Notes: generated by a model from the sequence alone, not told the origin. A DNA stretch of 64,000 nucleotides from Promethearchaeati archaeon (GCA_013166775.1 JABLTJ010000014.1:61361-125360); one strand, 5' to 3'. Positions 1 to 10,466 are shown, numbered from the stretch's first letter. Numbers and translations: made by a program.

Positions 1-45
1 CTACCTTTTTTTAGTAGCTATTTATGTTTTCCCCCTCTTGCTAGT

Positions 46-384
46 CTAAGTTAATCCAGATGCTAGAATTTCTCTCAGCTGTTGAATAGTCATATTCTCA
101 AAATTCCAGCTAAAATCATCATCTTCCCTAAAAATATCAAATAGATTTCTAATTCCAACTATATTTTCCTTTTTATCCATTAAAACCAATTGATAACTTG
201 TCCAAAAACCACACGCTGAACAAAAATATTCAGGATGTTTGTTGATATCTTTTCTCACATTTAACAAGAAATCTGCTAAATTATCGATTGTTTGTATATC
301 ATACTTTTCCACTTCTTCTTTCCTTTGCTGATTTGTTTTTGGATCAATGTAATGATCATACTCAACAATCATCATTTGCCACAT
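46..384 (-). CDS. hypothetical protein with one CxxC motif
   Basis: 112-aa ORF containing FCSACG; no family recognised; start uncertain. Confidence 0.5.
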   Translation of the reverse strand: MWQMMIVEYDHYIDPKTNQQRKEEVEKYDIQTIDNLADFLLNVRKDINKHPEYFCSACGFWTSYQLVLMDKKENIVGIRNLFDIFREDDDFSWNFENMTIQQLREILASGLT

Positions 385-505
385 AATTTCTTACCTTGTA
401 CTAGTTGTATGAAATTCCAAATCTACTTTGATTCCTTCTTACACAATACTTATCCATAAAACAGTTTATAAAATCGGGAAATTTTCTCAATATTTTCTAG
501 TAAGG

Positions 506-3500
506 TCATTCTTCCTTTGATTTATCTTTATGATTTTCCAAAACATCAAGCACATCCAGAACATCTTCAGAGCTCACTTCTATTTCTGGCATCTCTGTTT
601 TCTTTTTAGCTTTCTTTTCTTCCTTATCTTTTCTAATCGTTACTGGCTCCAATTCCTTTACAAAATCAGGTTCAGGGATTGTTTCTATTTGCTCCTCTTC
701 TTCTGTTTTCTTTTCTTTTTCTGTGATTACGATTTCTTTTATTTCAACATCCGCAGACTCTTCTCCTTCATCTACCATTTTTGGAATTCCATCTCCTAGC
801 TCATCAACTAACTCTGGTTCTGGAATTTCCTCTAGGTCAGTTTCCTTTGCAGTTTTTTTAATTTCTTCTTCTAGTTCTTCTTCAGGTTCTACTTCTAGTT
901 CCTCTTCAGGTTCTACTTCTAGTTCCTCTTCAGGTTCTACTTCTAGTTCCTCTTCAGGTTCTACTTCTAGTTCCTCTTCAGATTCCTCTTCAGGTTTCTT
1001 TTCTTCCTCTTCTTCAGGTTCCTTTTCTTCTACTTTAGGTTCTTCATCTTCAGTTTCAGGTTCTTCTTCGGGTTTTTCGTCCTTCTCTAGGGCTTCTTCA
1101 AGTTCTTCTAATTCTTCTTCAATTTCCTCTAATTCTTCAACCACATCTTCAACTAAATCTTCAAGTTTTCTAGACTGTATTTTTTCTTCAAGAAGTTCCT
1201 CTTCTTGATCTTCTAAAGCTTCTTTTAGTTCATCAAGCTCCTCAGAAAAATCTTCAACTAAATCTACAAGTTTAGATGCTTTGGGTATCTTTGGAATTTC
1301 TGAGATTTCTGAAGTTAACCTATCTGCTTCTTTCTCCTCTTCTACTGTTTCTTTCTGTTCTTCTTTTTCCTCATCAGTTCCTTCCTCAATAGCTATTAAT
1401 TCTGCTTCAACATCATCTAATATCCTATCCAAATCTTCTGGTTTTTCAGGTTCTCCCATAACTGTCTTTACAGGTAATTCAATGATTTTGGATAGATCGT
1501 CTTCTAGTAGAAAATCAGAATCAACTGTTATTTCATCTATATCTATAATTTTACTTGGTTCTGGAATAGGTTCTGCAATACCTGCTCGAAAAGTGATATC
1601 TTCAAAATATCTTGTTGTGATTTCAGTTAATATTTTATTTGTTATCTCATCTGTTTTTAGAGGCATCATTTGAGGGAGCTTAAGTTTCAATTCTGCCACA
1701 TATTTCTCAAATTGCATTTTCATACTGAAAGTCACTTTTTCAGCAATTGCAACGACAATATGGTCGTTAATTGCTTCAATCAATAATTCAGTACCCTCCT
1801 CTTTTACTTCATCAACTATCATAGCTTCTTCTAACACAGTTTTAGAGAAAAGATTGACAGCTGCGACTATAGAAGGTACTATAGAAGCTGCTTCTTCAAC
1901 TTCATGTTCAGTAATAAATCTATATTTAATTAGAGCTGTTTCAGCTTCTACAATTGCAATTCCTTGTAATCTTGTTTCTACTTGTTTAGGTGATTTAATA
2001 AATTTGAAACTTTCATATCTCTCCAAAACACCAGCCATTTTTTCTATATCTTCGAATCCTTTTTCTTCTAATTCTTTTAATTCATCATACTCTGTTTTCT
2101 TTTCTTTCTCTACTGCTTTGAGCAGATTGTTAGCTTCTTTCTGCATATGTTTATAATTGAATTTACTTGCTAAATTATAAGCTTTCAATATATCTTCTAT
2201 CGCTCTTTCTCTCTTTCCTCCTTGAGCTAGAATCATTCCTCTTAGCAAGTGCATATCGCACATTAATCGAGGAATAAACTGTTCTTGAGAGATAAAACTT
2301 AAGTTATCTAAATATCGCAAAATAGAGGAGTAATCTGCTAATTCCTTGGTTTCATTAAAACGTTGCATGAAGATATTCACTAGTTGAAACTGTGTTTTGA
2401 TTACTAACTCAATATTTCTAAATTCAGTAGCAGTTTTGTAAGCTTCTTCGAAATAATCTATTGCTGAATCAATATCACCCTTGCGTTTAGAAAGTAATCC
2501 CTTAAAGTAATTTATATTTGGTATTTTTCTAGTTTCACCTGTCTCTTCTAATCTTTTTTCGCTAGTTTTGATAAGTGAATCGGCTTCATCAAGCTCACCT
2601 CTTTCAATTGAGATCCAAGCTGATAATAGATAAGGTTCTATTAGATTTAGATCATGTCCTTTGTCTAGAAGAAGAGCAGTTTCAATCATGCTCTCCGCTG
2701 TTTCATTTTCTTTAAGAAGAATGTTTAATTCAGCGATGTTTATTGCACTAATTGCTTGAGCTCTGGGATTATGCGAAACTAATTCATAAATTTGTTCAAG
2801 TAACTTGATACTCTTTTCAAAATCTCCCCTTGCTAGTTCAAGTTTAGCAGAATTGTTTAAGAGACTAGCTCGATCAGCTGATAGTCCTGTTTTTTCTGTG
2901 GGTACAAGAGCGGCCCCCATCATTTTTTGAGCTTTTCTGAATTCTCCTTTATTGATAAGAACAGTAGTAATAAGATTCAAAGCAACAGATTGAAAATAAG
3001 GATCATCCATTTTAACTGCAGTCTGAAGTATTCTTCTTGCAAGATCATCTACTTTATCAAAATTGTTAATTTGAAGGTAAACTTGAGATCCTAAAGTGAG
3101 GATTAACAAAGTAAAAAGCTTATTCTCTAATTCATCAGAATATTTGTCAAGAAGATGTTCTACTTCAGCTAATGTTGCAATTGCCATTTGATAATTGTGT
3201 TCTCCATAGAGAAGTAAGAATTCCATACTTGTTGAAATAAATGCATTTCTGGGAAGTTCTAAAGCATCTGTATAATTTTGTTGGAATCTAAGTTTTAGAC
3301 TAACTATTTTATTTGTCATATTCAGTCTTGCATAAGCATAAGCTCTATAGAGATAAAATTCTGTTTTCTCAAAAGATTCAGTTAAAGACAAGACTGATTG
3401 AAAGTCTCTTAAGCATATAGAAGCGTCTACCGCTAAATCTCTAAATTCCTCTGTTATGTTATTATCTGAAGCAAAGGCTATACATTTTTTTGCAAAATTA

Positions 3501-3610
3501 CTTAATGCTTTCGTGTCTCTTGTATCTATATCTGCGATTAAATCTTCTATGATTTTTTCTTTGAATAAGCTTTTGTGTCTATTAGCAAAAGGTGCAAACA
3601 TTTCAATCAC
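506..3610 (-). CDS. TPR-repeat protein with central longin/roadblock-like domain and long acidic disordered C-terminal tail
   Basis: TPR-like helices (ASLLNNSAKLELARGDFEKSIKLLEQ, YFKGLLSKRKGDIDSAIDYFEEA); longin-like segment (LQGIAIV...SIVPSIVAAVNLFSKTVL...HIVVAIA); Glu-rich tail with EEELEVEP repeats. Confidence 0.75.
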   Translation of the reverse strand: MIEMFAPFANRHKSLFKEKIIEDLIADIDTRDTKALSNFAKKCIAFASDNNITEEFRDLAVDASICLRDFQSVLSLTESFEKTEFYLYRAYAYARLNMTNKIVSLKLRFQQNYTDALELPRNAFISTSMEFLLLYGEHNYQMAIATLAEVEHLLDKYSDELENKLFTLLILTLGSQVYLQINNFDKVDDLARRILQTAVKMDDPYFQSVALNLITTVLINKGEFRKAQKMMGAALVPTEKTGLSADRASLLNNSAKLELARGDFEKSIKLLEQIYELVSHNPRAQAISAINIAELNILLKENETAESMIETALLLDKGHDLNLIEPYLLSAWISIERGELDEADSLIKTSEKRLEETGETRKIPNINYFKGLLSKRKGDIDSAIDYFEEAYKTATEFRNIELVIKTQFQLVNIFMQRFNETKELADYSSILRYLDNLSFISQEQFIPRLMCDMHLLRGMILAQGGKRERAIEDILKAYNLASKFNYKHMQKEANNLLKAVEKEKKTEYDELKELEEKGFEDIEKMAGVLERYESFKFIKSPKQVETRLQGIAIVEAETALIKYRFITEHEVEEAASIVPSIVAAVNLFSKTVLEEAMIVDEVKEEGTELLIEAINDHIVVAIAEKVTFSMKMQFEKYVAELKLKLPQMMPLKTDEITNKILTEITTRYFEDITFRAGIAEPIPEPSKIIDIDEITVDSDFLLEDDLSKIIELPVKTVMGEPEKPEDLDRILDDVEAELIAIEEGTDEEKEEQKETVEEEKEADRLTSEISEIPKIPKASKLVDLVEDFSEELDELKEALEDQEEELLEEKIQSRKLEDLVEDVVEELEEIEEELEELEEALEKDEKPEEEPETEDEEPKVEEKEPEEEEEKKPEEESEEELEVEPEEELEVEPEEELEVEPEEELEVEPEEELEEEIKKTAKETDLEEIPEPELVDELGDGIPKMVDEGEESADVEIKEIVITEKEKKTEEEEQIETIPEPDFVKELEPVTIRKDKEEKKAKKKTEMPEIEVSSEDVLDVLDVLENHKDKSKEE
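881..976. repeat. 4 x 24-bp perfect tandem repeat in the coding region (encodes EEELEVEP)
   Basis: Unit TTCAGGTTCTACTTCTAGTTCCTC at 881, 905, 929 and 953. Confidence 0.95.
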
Positions 3611-3726
3611 CAGGAATTTGGTTGGAATTCTCCTCTTTTTCTTCTTAGCTCAAATTAAATTCTTAATAGTTTATAGTAGATTCTTGTTATTTAAATCTTT
3701 CAGCATTAAAGTTAAATCTTGGATGA

Positions 3727-5001
3727 TTAGATGCGTTCTCCGTTGCTAGAAAGGATTGGAGCTGTTTCACTTTCTTTCTCCTTATTTTTCAAGAATAATT
3801 GCATAATTATTGGAATCATAATTGCAATAGGATAACCTAAAGTAGCTATCGGAAAAGTCCATGCACCCAATGCAACATAAATGAATGATCCTGCTTGTGT
3901 ACCTAGAGATCTAGCTAACCTTCTTCCTGCTCCAACGAATCCAGTTGAAGTTCCCCTATATTTCGGAGGGAGCCATCCATAGAAAAACGAGTTCCATGCA
4001 GGTCTAGACATATTTGCAGCTGTACTTCTTGTAACGAAGAAAATTGATACAGTCCACAGCGTTCCACCTAGTGATATGCCTAAAGCTAAAAGTGGAACTA
4101 AGAAATGAAGAACTGCTAGAGACTTTTCATTACCAAATCGATTGCTTATCTTAACCATGAGCAAGCTACCAAGAGCAATTCCAACATTTGATGCTGCAAG
4201 AATTACACTCCAAAGAATATCACTAGTTTGAAAATCTGTAATAATGTAATATTGAACAAAGGGTATTGCTATACCAGAAGTAAAGCCTATTATTGCTTCA
4301 CAAACAAAAAAAGCTACTAACTGAAAACCGATAGGTTTTTTGTTTTTATTTTCGTATGATTTCCAAACTTCACCTTTTGCTATTTCACTCGCATCTTCTT
4401 TCGATGTTTCAGGTATTGGAAATTTAAAAGCCAATAACATCGTAAGGAACAGAAATGCAGAGACAAAGAGCATTAGTGACATGTACGATTGTTTCTGAGA
4501 TTGAAACAGATTAAATACTGTGAGGAAGGCTCCGCCTAATAAAGGGGCTATAACTCCTGCAACATTCCAGAAGAATGCCATATAACCAAAGAATCTTGTT
4601 TTCTCTTTTTTGGTAGGTGTCACGTCTGCCATAAGTGTTGTTAGAGATATTTGAGCTAATTGTCCAGATACTCCAAAGAGAGAATAAGCTGCTATCATCC
4701 ATCCCTTGATTTCTGATACACTAGAGAAATAAAATAGCAGCATTGATAAGGCTGAAATTCCAATCCCAACAATCAATGTGTATTTTCTTTTTTTCACATC
4801 TGTAATATATCCTAAACCGATAATCACTCCTGTAGCTAAGTATCCAGCAACAGAAAAAAGAAGTCCATAAAAATACTCATTCCATTCAAGGAAGATAAGA
4901 AACAAAGGTACGAGATATCGAATTAATCTTGTGTTGAAACCAACCAGAGTTCTAAATAAGATGATGGGGACAACTTTCTGATTCTTAGTATTGCTGAACA
5001 T
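3727..5001 (-). CDS. MFS transporter
   Basis: About 12 hydrophobic helices; motif-A-like GYITDVKKRK and KISNRFGNEK; PPKYRGTSTG. Confidence 0.9.
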   Translation of the reverse strand: MFSNTKNQKVVPIILFRTLVGFNTRLIRYLVPLFLIFLEWNEYFYGLLFSVAGYLATGVIIGLGYITDVKKRKYTLIVGIGISALSMLLFYFSSVSEIKGWMIAAYSLFGVSGQLAQISLTTLMADVTPTKKEKTRFFGYMAFFWNVAGVIAPLLGGAFLTVFNLFQSQKQSYMSLMLFVSAFLFLTMLLAFKFPIPETSKEDASEIAKGEVWKSYENKNKKPIGFQLVAFFVCEAIIGFTSGIAIPFVQYYIITDFQTSDILWSVILAASNVGIALGSLLMVKISNRFGNEKSLAVLHFLVPLLALGISLGGTLWTVSIFFVTRSTAANMSRPAWNSFFYGWLPPKYRGTSTGFVGAGRRLARSLGTQAGSFIYVALGAWTFPIATLGYPIAIMIPIIMQLFLKNKEKESETAPILSSNGERI

Positions 5002-5095
5002 GATTCTTAACTCGATTAAACATGAATGAAACTGATTGTTGGATGAGAAAAACTCAAATTAATTAAGCTTGTGTTAGGTAAAAGAAAGAAGATGT

Positions 5096-5929
5096 TCACT
5101 TCTTATCTCTAACTAGGATTTTCTCAATTAGTTCTACTAATGGTTCACTATGAGCTGCAACATTTGTTTCCAAATCAAAATATTCGGAATTTTTAACCGC
5201 CTTGTAGACTCTTTTTGTCCATTCAGCTTCATGAGCTTTATCTTTCTCAGCTCCGACCATTATGCATTTTGCATCAACTGTAGCTAGCTCTTCCTCTTTA
5301 ATTCGGAATTTTCTTATTTTGATTAAGGTTTTTCGGATCTTTTTAACATCATAACTGTCAAAATAGCCATAATATTTCTTCAATTGATCCTTTTGTGTTC
5401 TATCCAAATAAAAATATTTAATATAAAATTTTGCAAAAGGTTTAATGAAAAGCTTCCAGACTATTGGATAACAAATATAAACAAAAGGCCAAGACCAATC
5501 TGGGATCTCAGTTTTTTGTATAGGTCCAACTAGAAAAGTGTATGTTGGTTTCATAAGTTTCATGCTTAGGGATCTAAGAATAAAAGCAGCACCCATTGAA
5601 GAAGCTACCATGAAATACTCATCCAGCATCAGATAATCCATAATCTGAGCAATATCCTTAGCAAATCTATTAAAGGTCAAATCTGGTTTTTTCTTCAATT
5701 CTGCAGTATGTTTCTCACGACTCTCAATAATATAAATTCTATAATCATCTTTCATTCTTAAGAGGAGTTTATCCCATGCTGAGGGAAGAGAACCAAACCC
5801 TGGAATTAGGACTAAAGTCCCTTTGACTTCTTTTTCAGGTTCATATGAAAGAACACGTAAATTCTCATTCCCTTCTTCCCCTACTTGGACACGTAATACT
5901 GATGCGAATTTCTCAAATTCAGAGCTCAT
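5096..5929 (-). CDS. alpha/beta-fold hydrolase
   Basis: LIPGFGS oxyanion loop, ASSMG nucleophile elbow, GAEKD, C-terminal AAHSEP; paralog of 61716-62576. Confidence 0.85.
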   Translation of the reverse strand: MSSEFEKFASVLRVQVGEEGNENLRVLSYEPEKEVKGTLVLIPGFGSLPSAWDKLLLRMKDDYRIYIIESREKHTAELKKKPDLTFNRFAKDIAQIMDYLMLDEYFMVASSMGAAFILRSLSMKLMKPTYTFLVGPIQKTEIPDWSWPFVYICYPIVWKLFIKPFAKFYIKYFYLDRTQKDQLKKYYGYFDSYDVKKIRKTLIKIRKFRIKEEELATVDAKCIMVGAEKDKAHEAEWTKRVYKAVKNSEYFDLETNVAAHSEPLVELIEKILVRDKK

Positions 5930-6014
5930 AAGCCAAATGAAAATAAGTATTTATTAAATTTATTCCAAAAATCATTATCTAGAAAAGACTAAATATGACC
6001 AATATTCAATTCTT

Positions 6015-7178
6015 ATGAGTCAAGTGAGAGAACAATCACTCATAGATGAAGCAATATCAGAATTTAAGAAGAAAGATTCAAACATTATTTCTATTTTTGA
6101 TAATCGCATGTGCAATTATTGTGGTGCTTGTTATCTTGTTTGTCCCGTTGAAGCAATTTCTTATGAAGATGGGAACATAGAAGTAAGTGAAGATTGCATT
6201 TTTTGCGAGAAATGTCTAAATATTTGTTCTCAAAATCAAGAGCACCGATATTCCAAAGATTTTCAGTTGAGAGAAAGAAATGATTCCATTCTCAAGATTG
6301 AACCTAAAATGAATAAGATTCCTTTTGGGGAGATAATCAGTTTATACAATTGTAAATCGGGGAGAAGAGATAGGAAAGAATTTGCCATGGTTGGAGGTGC
6401 TGTTACATCGATTCTCGAATGCGCAATTAAAGAGGGAATAATTGACGGAGCTATTACCATAGATTTCAGTTCAGGAAGAATTTTTCCAAGTTCTGTTTTA
6501 ATTACTAATCCTGATGATTTACTAAGAGTAGCTGGGAGTAGATACTTACCAACTTATTCTTTGTACATACTAAAAGAACTGCATATGATGGATAATATAT
6601 CCTCTGTTGCAATCGTTACATTACCATGCCAAGCTTATGTAATTGATAAAATAAGAAAAGACAATGATACAAAAGAATTGATTAAGAAAATAAAAGTAGT
6701 TATAACCCTCTTGTGTGGAAATGGTTTACCTTCAAGAGATGAAGTTGCAGAATTTCTATCTAAACAAGGATTGAACCTCGAAAATCATAATTTTAAAGCA
6801 TATAGGGAAAAAGCAGTTTCTAAGCCTTATCTAAATCCAATGAATAAAAATAGATACGTTTATGAAGAAAACAGCGGTAAAAAGAAATCTTTTGCCTCTA
6901 AAAGGGTATTCCACACAAGAGGAGAGAAGCATTGCGGTCTAATTTGTCCAGATTATACAGGTATAGCAAGTGATATTTCAGTTGGTGGATCTGGGTTATC
7001 TAAGAATATTGTTATAACAAGATCCGATGAAGGAGAAAAATTAACAAAACTAGCAATTGATAAAGGATATTTAGTCAAACTTTCAAAATTCTCTAAATTG
7101 AACAGAATCGTTGTGAATTTTATGGGAAATCGCAAAAGAGAAAACATAAGAAAAGCATATAAGAGAACATTTACTTAA
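6015..7178 (+). CDS. F420-reducing hydrogenase/dehydrogenase beta-subunit family protein with N-terminal 2x[4Fe-4S] ferredoxin
   Basis: CNYCGACYLVCP and CIFCEKCLNIC; FrhB-type motifs GGAVTSIL, AGSRY, LPCQ, LLCG, CPDYTGIASDISVG. Confidence 0.85.
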   Translation: MSQVREQSLIDEAISEFKKKDSNIISIFDNRMCNYCGACYLVCPVEAISYEDGNIEVSEDCIFCEKCLNICSQNQEHRYSKDFQLRERNDSILKIEPKMNKIPFGEIISLYNCKSGRRDRKEFAMVGGAVTSILECAIKEGIIDGAITIDFSSGRIFPSSVLITNPDDLLRVAGSRYLPTYSLYILKELHMMDNISSVAIVTLPCQAYVIDKIRKDNDTKELIKKIKVVITLLCGNGLPSRDEVAEFLSKQGLNLENHNFKAYREKAVSKPYLNPMNKNRYVYEENSGKKKSFASKRVFHTRGEKHCGLICPDYTGIASDISVGGSGLSKNIVITRSDEGEKLTKLAIDKGYLVKLSKFSKLNRIVVNFMGNRKRENIRKAYKRTFT

Positions 7179-7234
7179 TTAAAGCCTTAATTAAAGAAAA
7201 GTTAAATAATATAGACAAACAGCTCCAATAACCA

Positions 7235-8686
7235 ATGATGCCACTAGATCAAATAGGCTACTTAATCATGTCTCTTGGAGCAATTCTAGTCGCGGGATTC
7301 ATTGGCGCTCATTTTCTGAAAAAAATACACATTCCACAAGTTTTAGGATTTATTTTGATGGGAATAATACTTGGGTTACCAAACAGATATATTAGTGAAT
7401 TTATATCTCCTACCTTAATTAATCAAATAACACCTATTTTAGTAACGGTAGCTCTTGGAATAATTGGTTTTAATATTGGAGCAGAATTATCATGGAAGGA
7501 GCTTAAAAAAATAGATCGAAAACTGTTAGTAGTTTTAATAGCTGATAGTATAGGAACATTTCTAGTTATATCTGTTCTAGTTGGGGTCATTGCAACTCGA
7601 ATTTATGGTGATCCTATATGGTGGAATTTTGCATTTATTCTCGGAGCTTTAGGTAGCGCAACTGCTCCCGCTGCAACTGCAGATGTGTTATGGGAAAACA
7701 AGTCAAAAGGGCCTCTTACACAAGCTATCCTTTTTATTTTAGCAGTTGATGATATAATTTCCATTGTACTTGTTCAAATAACATCAAATGTTACTTATGC
7801 TAAACTACCTGGTCAAAAATTAGATGCTTTACATATTTTCACTGAATTTTCCATAGAAGTCTTTGCAGCTTTAGGAATCGGAATTCTTGCAGGAATAATA
7901 ATCACGTGGGCAATAAATCGAGTCAAAGATCACGGTGAAATATTAGAGGTCATAATTGGTGCTCTTATAATTATAATTGGAACAACTTTAGCTATACATT
8001 CCTCAGCAATTTTAGGAGCAATGGCATTTGGAATAATAATAGCAACTTTCACGAAATCCAAGAAAAAAACGGATAGTGTTTTTCATGACATTTTTAAGAT
8101 TGGAAGTCCTATAGTAGCTCTATTCTTTATTATAGTTGGTTTTAATATAAATCCTGCAAATTTAAGATTAATAGGGATTTTAGGGGCTCTTTACTTAGTT
8201 GGAAGAACAATAGGCAAAGTGGGATTCGTAACCATAACAGCAAGAGCAATGAAAACAGAAAGAGTAATAAGCAAATATCTTGGTTTTACTCTTTTTTCGC
8301 AAGCAGGTGTAGCTTTAGGACTTGCAGTGAGTATAGATTCAAGATTTCGAGGTACTCTATATGAAGAACAAGCTAACCTTATACTTACAACAATTACCGG
8401 GACAATCATCATTGTTCAGATAATAGGACCTTTGCTAGTTAGGTGGGCGATACACAGAGCGGGAGAGGTAGGAGGAAAACTAGAAAAGGATCTGGTTGAG
8501 GAAGCTACAATGAGAAACAAAGACGAAGAAGTGGATGAAGAAAAGAATGATAAGGTATACATGAATGATGAAAAATCTGAAGATGATCCAGGTCTTGTCA
8601 GCATCAGTGATAGGTTTTCGAAACTAAGATTACCAAGAAAACTCAAAGAGAGAGATTATATTCGGAAGAAACGTAAAAAGCATTAA
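7235..8686 (+). CDS. cation:proton antiporter (Na+/H+ exchanger family)
   Basis: About 12 TM helices; ATAPAAT, LAVDD, QAGVALGLA, IGP motifs. Confidence 0.9.
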   Translation: MMPLDQIGYLIMSLGAILVAGFIGAHFLKKIHIPQVLGFILMGIILGLPNRYISEFISPTLINQITPILVTVALGIIGFNIGAELSWKELKKIDRKLLVVLIADSIGTFLVISVLVGVIATRIYGDPIWWNFAFILGALGSATAPAATADVLWENKSKGPLTQAILFILAVDDIISIVLVQITSNVTYAKLPGQKLDALHIFTEFSIEVFAALGIGILAGIIITWAINRVKDHGEILEVIIGALIIIIGTTLAIHSSAILGAMAFGIIIATFTKSKKKTDSVFHDIFKIGSPIVALFFIIVGFNINPANLRLIGILGALYLVGRTIGKVGFVTITARAMKTERVISKYLGFTLFSQAGVALGLAVSIDSRFRGTLYEEQANLILTTITGTIIIVQIIGPLLVRWAIHRAGEVGGKLEKDLVEEATMRNKDEEVDEEKNDKVYMNDEKSEDDPGLVSISDRFSKLRLPRKLKERDYIRKKRKKH

Positions 8687-8696
8687 TACGAATTAT

Positions 8697-9116
8697 TCAG
8701 CTATCCTCTTTTTTCATTAAGTATCGATCAGCAAAGTGTTGAATAATCTCTTTAGCGGAATCGTAATTTAGGTTAAGTTGTTCTCCCCATATACTTTTTG
8801 CTCTTTCAAGTTTATTCATCAATAAACCTAATTTCAATCCTGTTATTGTATTCCGAGTAAATAATTCACTTCCTTGGAAATTTAATACTCCATACTCCTG
8901 CATAAGTTTTCCATAATCTTGACATAACTCATTGTATTCTGCACTGATTTGATCTAGATCTGCATTCAATTTCTCTGAATCAGATAGATCTGCGTCTTCT
9001 AAATCTTGTATGTAAACATAATAATCTAATAATTGAGTTACCATATCTTCTACATCTGAAACTATGTCAATTGTTGTATCGGGGATTAGTATCCTGTATT
9101 TCTTCTTTTTGTACAT
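8697..9116 (-). CDS. hypothetical protein
   Basis: 139-aa helical ORF closely packed with upstream genes. Confidence 0.6.
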   Translation of the reverse strand: MYKKKKYRILIPDTTIDIVSDVEDMVTQLLDYYVYIQDLEDADLSDSEKLNADLDQISAEYNELCQDYGKLMQEYGVLNFQGSELFTRNTITGLKLGLLMNKLERAKSIWGEQLNLNYDSAKEIIQHFADRYLMKKEDS

Positions 9117-9124
9117 AATATTAC

Positions 9125-9493
9125 CTAATTTACTTTATTTAATGTTTCAAGTGATTGTCCAAGCTCTACAATTGTCAAATAATCATCTTCGTATTCAATA
9201 AGAAGGTCTCTCTGAAGCTTTGTTTTCTTTTTTATTTCTACAATATCATCTGAGCGTTGATTTATTTTTTGTTTTAATAATCTAACATTGAAGAAAGTAA
9301 GTATTTTCTCCCAAATTCTTTTATCTTTGTAACCAATAAAATCTTCAAAAAAACTCTCAATATCAGTCAAAATTTCTTCTGGATGTTTATTACTTCTTTC
9401 TGATAGCTTGAGTAATATCTGTTTCTGCTTATAATTGAGCTCATATTTAACGTACTTTTTTTTCTCAATATTCGTCATTGAAAATTTCACCAT
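9125..9493 (-). CDS. hypothetical protein (possible N-terminal ribbon-helix-helix, C-terminal coiled coil)
   Basis: VKYELNYKQKQILLKLSERSNKHPEEILTD has RHH-like spacing; overlaps upstream ORF by 7 nt. Confidence 0.5.
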   Translation of the reverse strand: MVKFSMTNIEKKKYVKYELNYKQKQILLKLSERSNKHPEEILTDIESFFEDFIGYKDKRIWEKILTFFNVRLLKQKINQRSDDIVEIKKKTKLQRDLLIEYEDDYLTIVELGQSLETLNKVN

Positions 9494-10002
9494 ATTTTTT
9501 GCTGGATTTTTTTCTCTATAACTAATGTATCGACAGCCGTTAAAGACATAACTTCTAAGGTTTTTGCTATTGTTACACTATCATTAAAATCTGGATCAAG
9601 ACCAGCAATTCCTACTGCATGAACAATCTCATAAATTGCCAGGTTTTCATCTCCATTATAATCTAGATGTTTTATTAATTTAGCCTCAAAAGAAACGACA
9701 GAGTGATTGTAAATAGGAGCGGAAATTTTATTTCCATTTTTTAATAATTTAGATCCCAGTTGATCCTTATTATATGCTGAAATTAAAATTCTATCTTCTC
9801 CTTTTCTAAGTAAATTCAATGAGAGTTCCTTTGGTACTCCATTCTTTGTAAGAGCTATTAAAACTCTACACTCACTGAGAGGAAAGTATTTTGTAAGTAC
9901 ATAGAGATCTTGATTTTCTATACTTCCTCCAATACCGAGTAATGGACTAATTGAAACTAAAAAATTGCATAAATCTTGAGGTAATTTTACCAGATCAAAC
10001 AT
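9487..10002 (-). CDS. flavin reductase-like (split barrel) domain protein
   Basis: SAPIYNHSVVSFEAKLIKHLDYNGDENLAIYEIV resembles the flavin reductase C-terminal motif (P...ECxV...GDH.LFIGEV) but lacks the His. Confidence 0.5.
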   Translation of the reverse strand: MFDLVKLPQDLCNFLVSISPLLGIGGSIENQDLYVLTKYFPLSECRVLIALTKNGVPKELSLNLLRKGEDRILISAYNKDQLGSKLLKNGNKISAPIYNHSVVSFEAKLIKHLDYNGDENLAIYEIVHAVGIAGLDPDFNDSVTIAKTLEVMSLTAVDTLVIEKKIQQKIW

Positions 10003-10103
10003 ACAAATATCATTTTGACTACCATTTAAGAAAGTTATCTTTATTTTTACTTTCTCACAAACTATTTCGAAGAAGTTATATTCTATAATGAAATAGATTT
10101 ATT

Positions 10104-10466
10104 ATGGAAGAGATTAATTTCAACGAATACATGGAAAAATCAAGTTTCATGCTCGAAAAATATAGAAATAATCTTGATCATCTGAGAAGAATAATACATA
10201 ATATTGAAAAAAGCTTCTTCCTGCCCATAGAAATGGTTGAGTACTTTTATAGTAATAAAAGTGAATACTATACTTGGCTTCAAACACAAGATTCGATCAT
10301 ATCATTAGAAGATGCATATAATGAATTAGTAGGGAGTATGTTAGACGCTATAGCTGCTCCAGATGATTTTAATTATTTCTTAAAAGATCAGAGAATACCA
10401 GTTCTGCAAGTTATTGAACCTGAAGAAGAAGAATCAACTGAGAATGATGAGGAATTAACTGTTTAG
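10104..10466 (+). CDS. hypothetical acidic protein
   Basis: 120-aa ORF, ATG start, fills the gap between flanking genes. Confidence 0.6.
   Translation: MEEINFNEYMEKSSFMLEKYRNNLDHLRRIIHNIEKSFFLPIEMVEYFYSNKSEYYTWLQTQDSIISLEDAYNELVGSMLDAIAAPDDFNYFLKDQRIPVLQVIEPEEEESTENDEELTV

Noticed and set aside
723-2156. Ser-rich plus-strand ORFs (723-1208, 1281-1673, 1854-2156)
   Set aside because: Antisense shadows of the Glu-rich minus-strand gene; the same applies to most short ORFs nested opposite long genes
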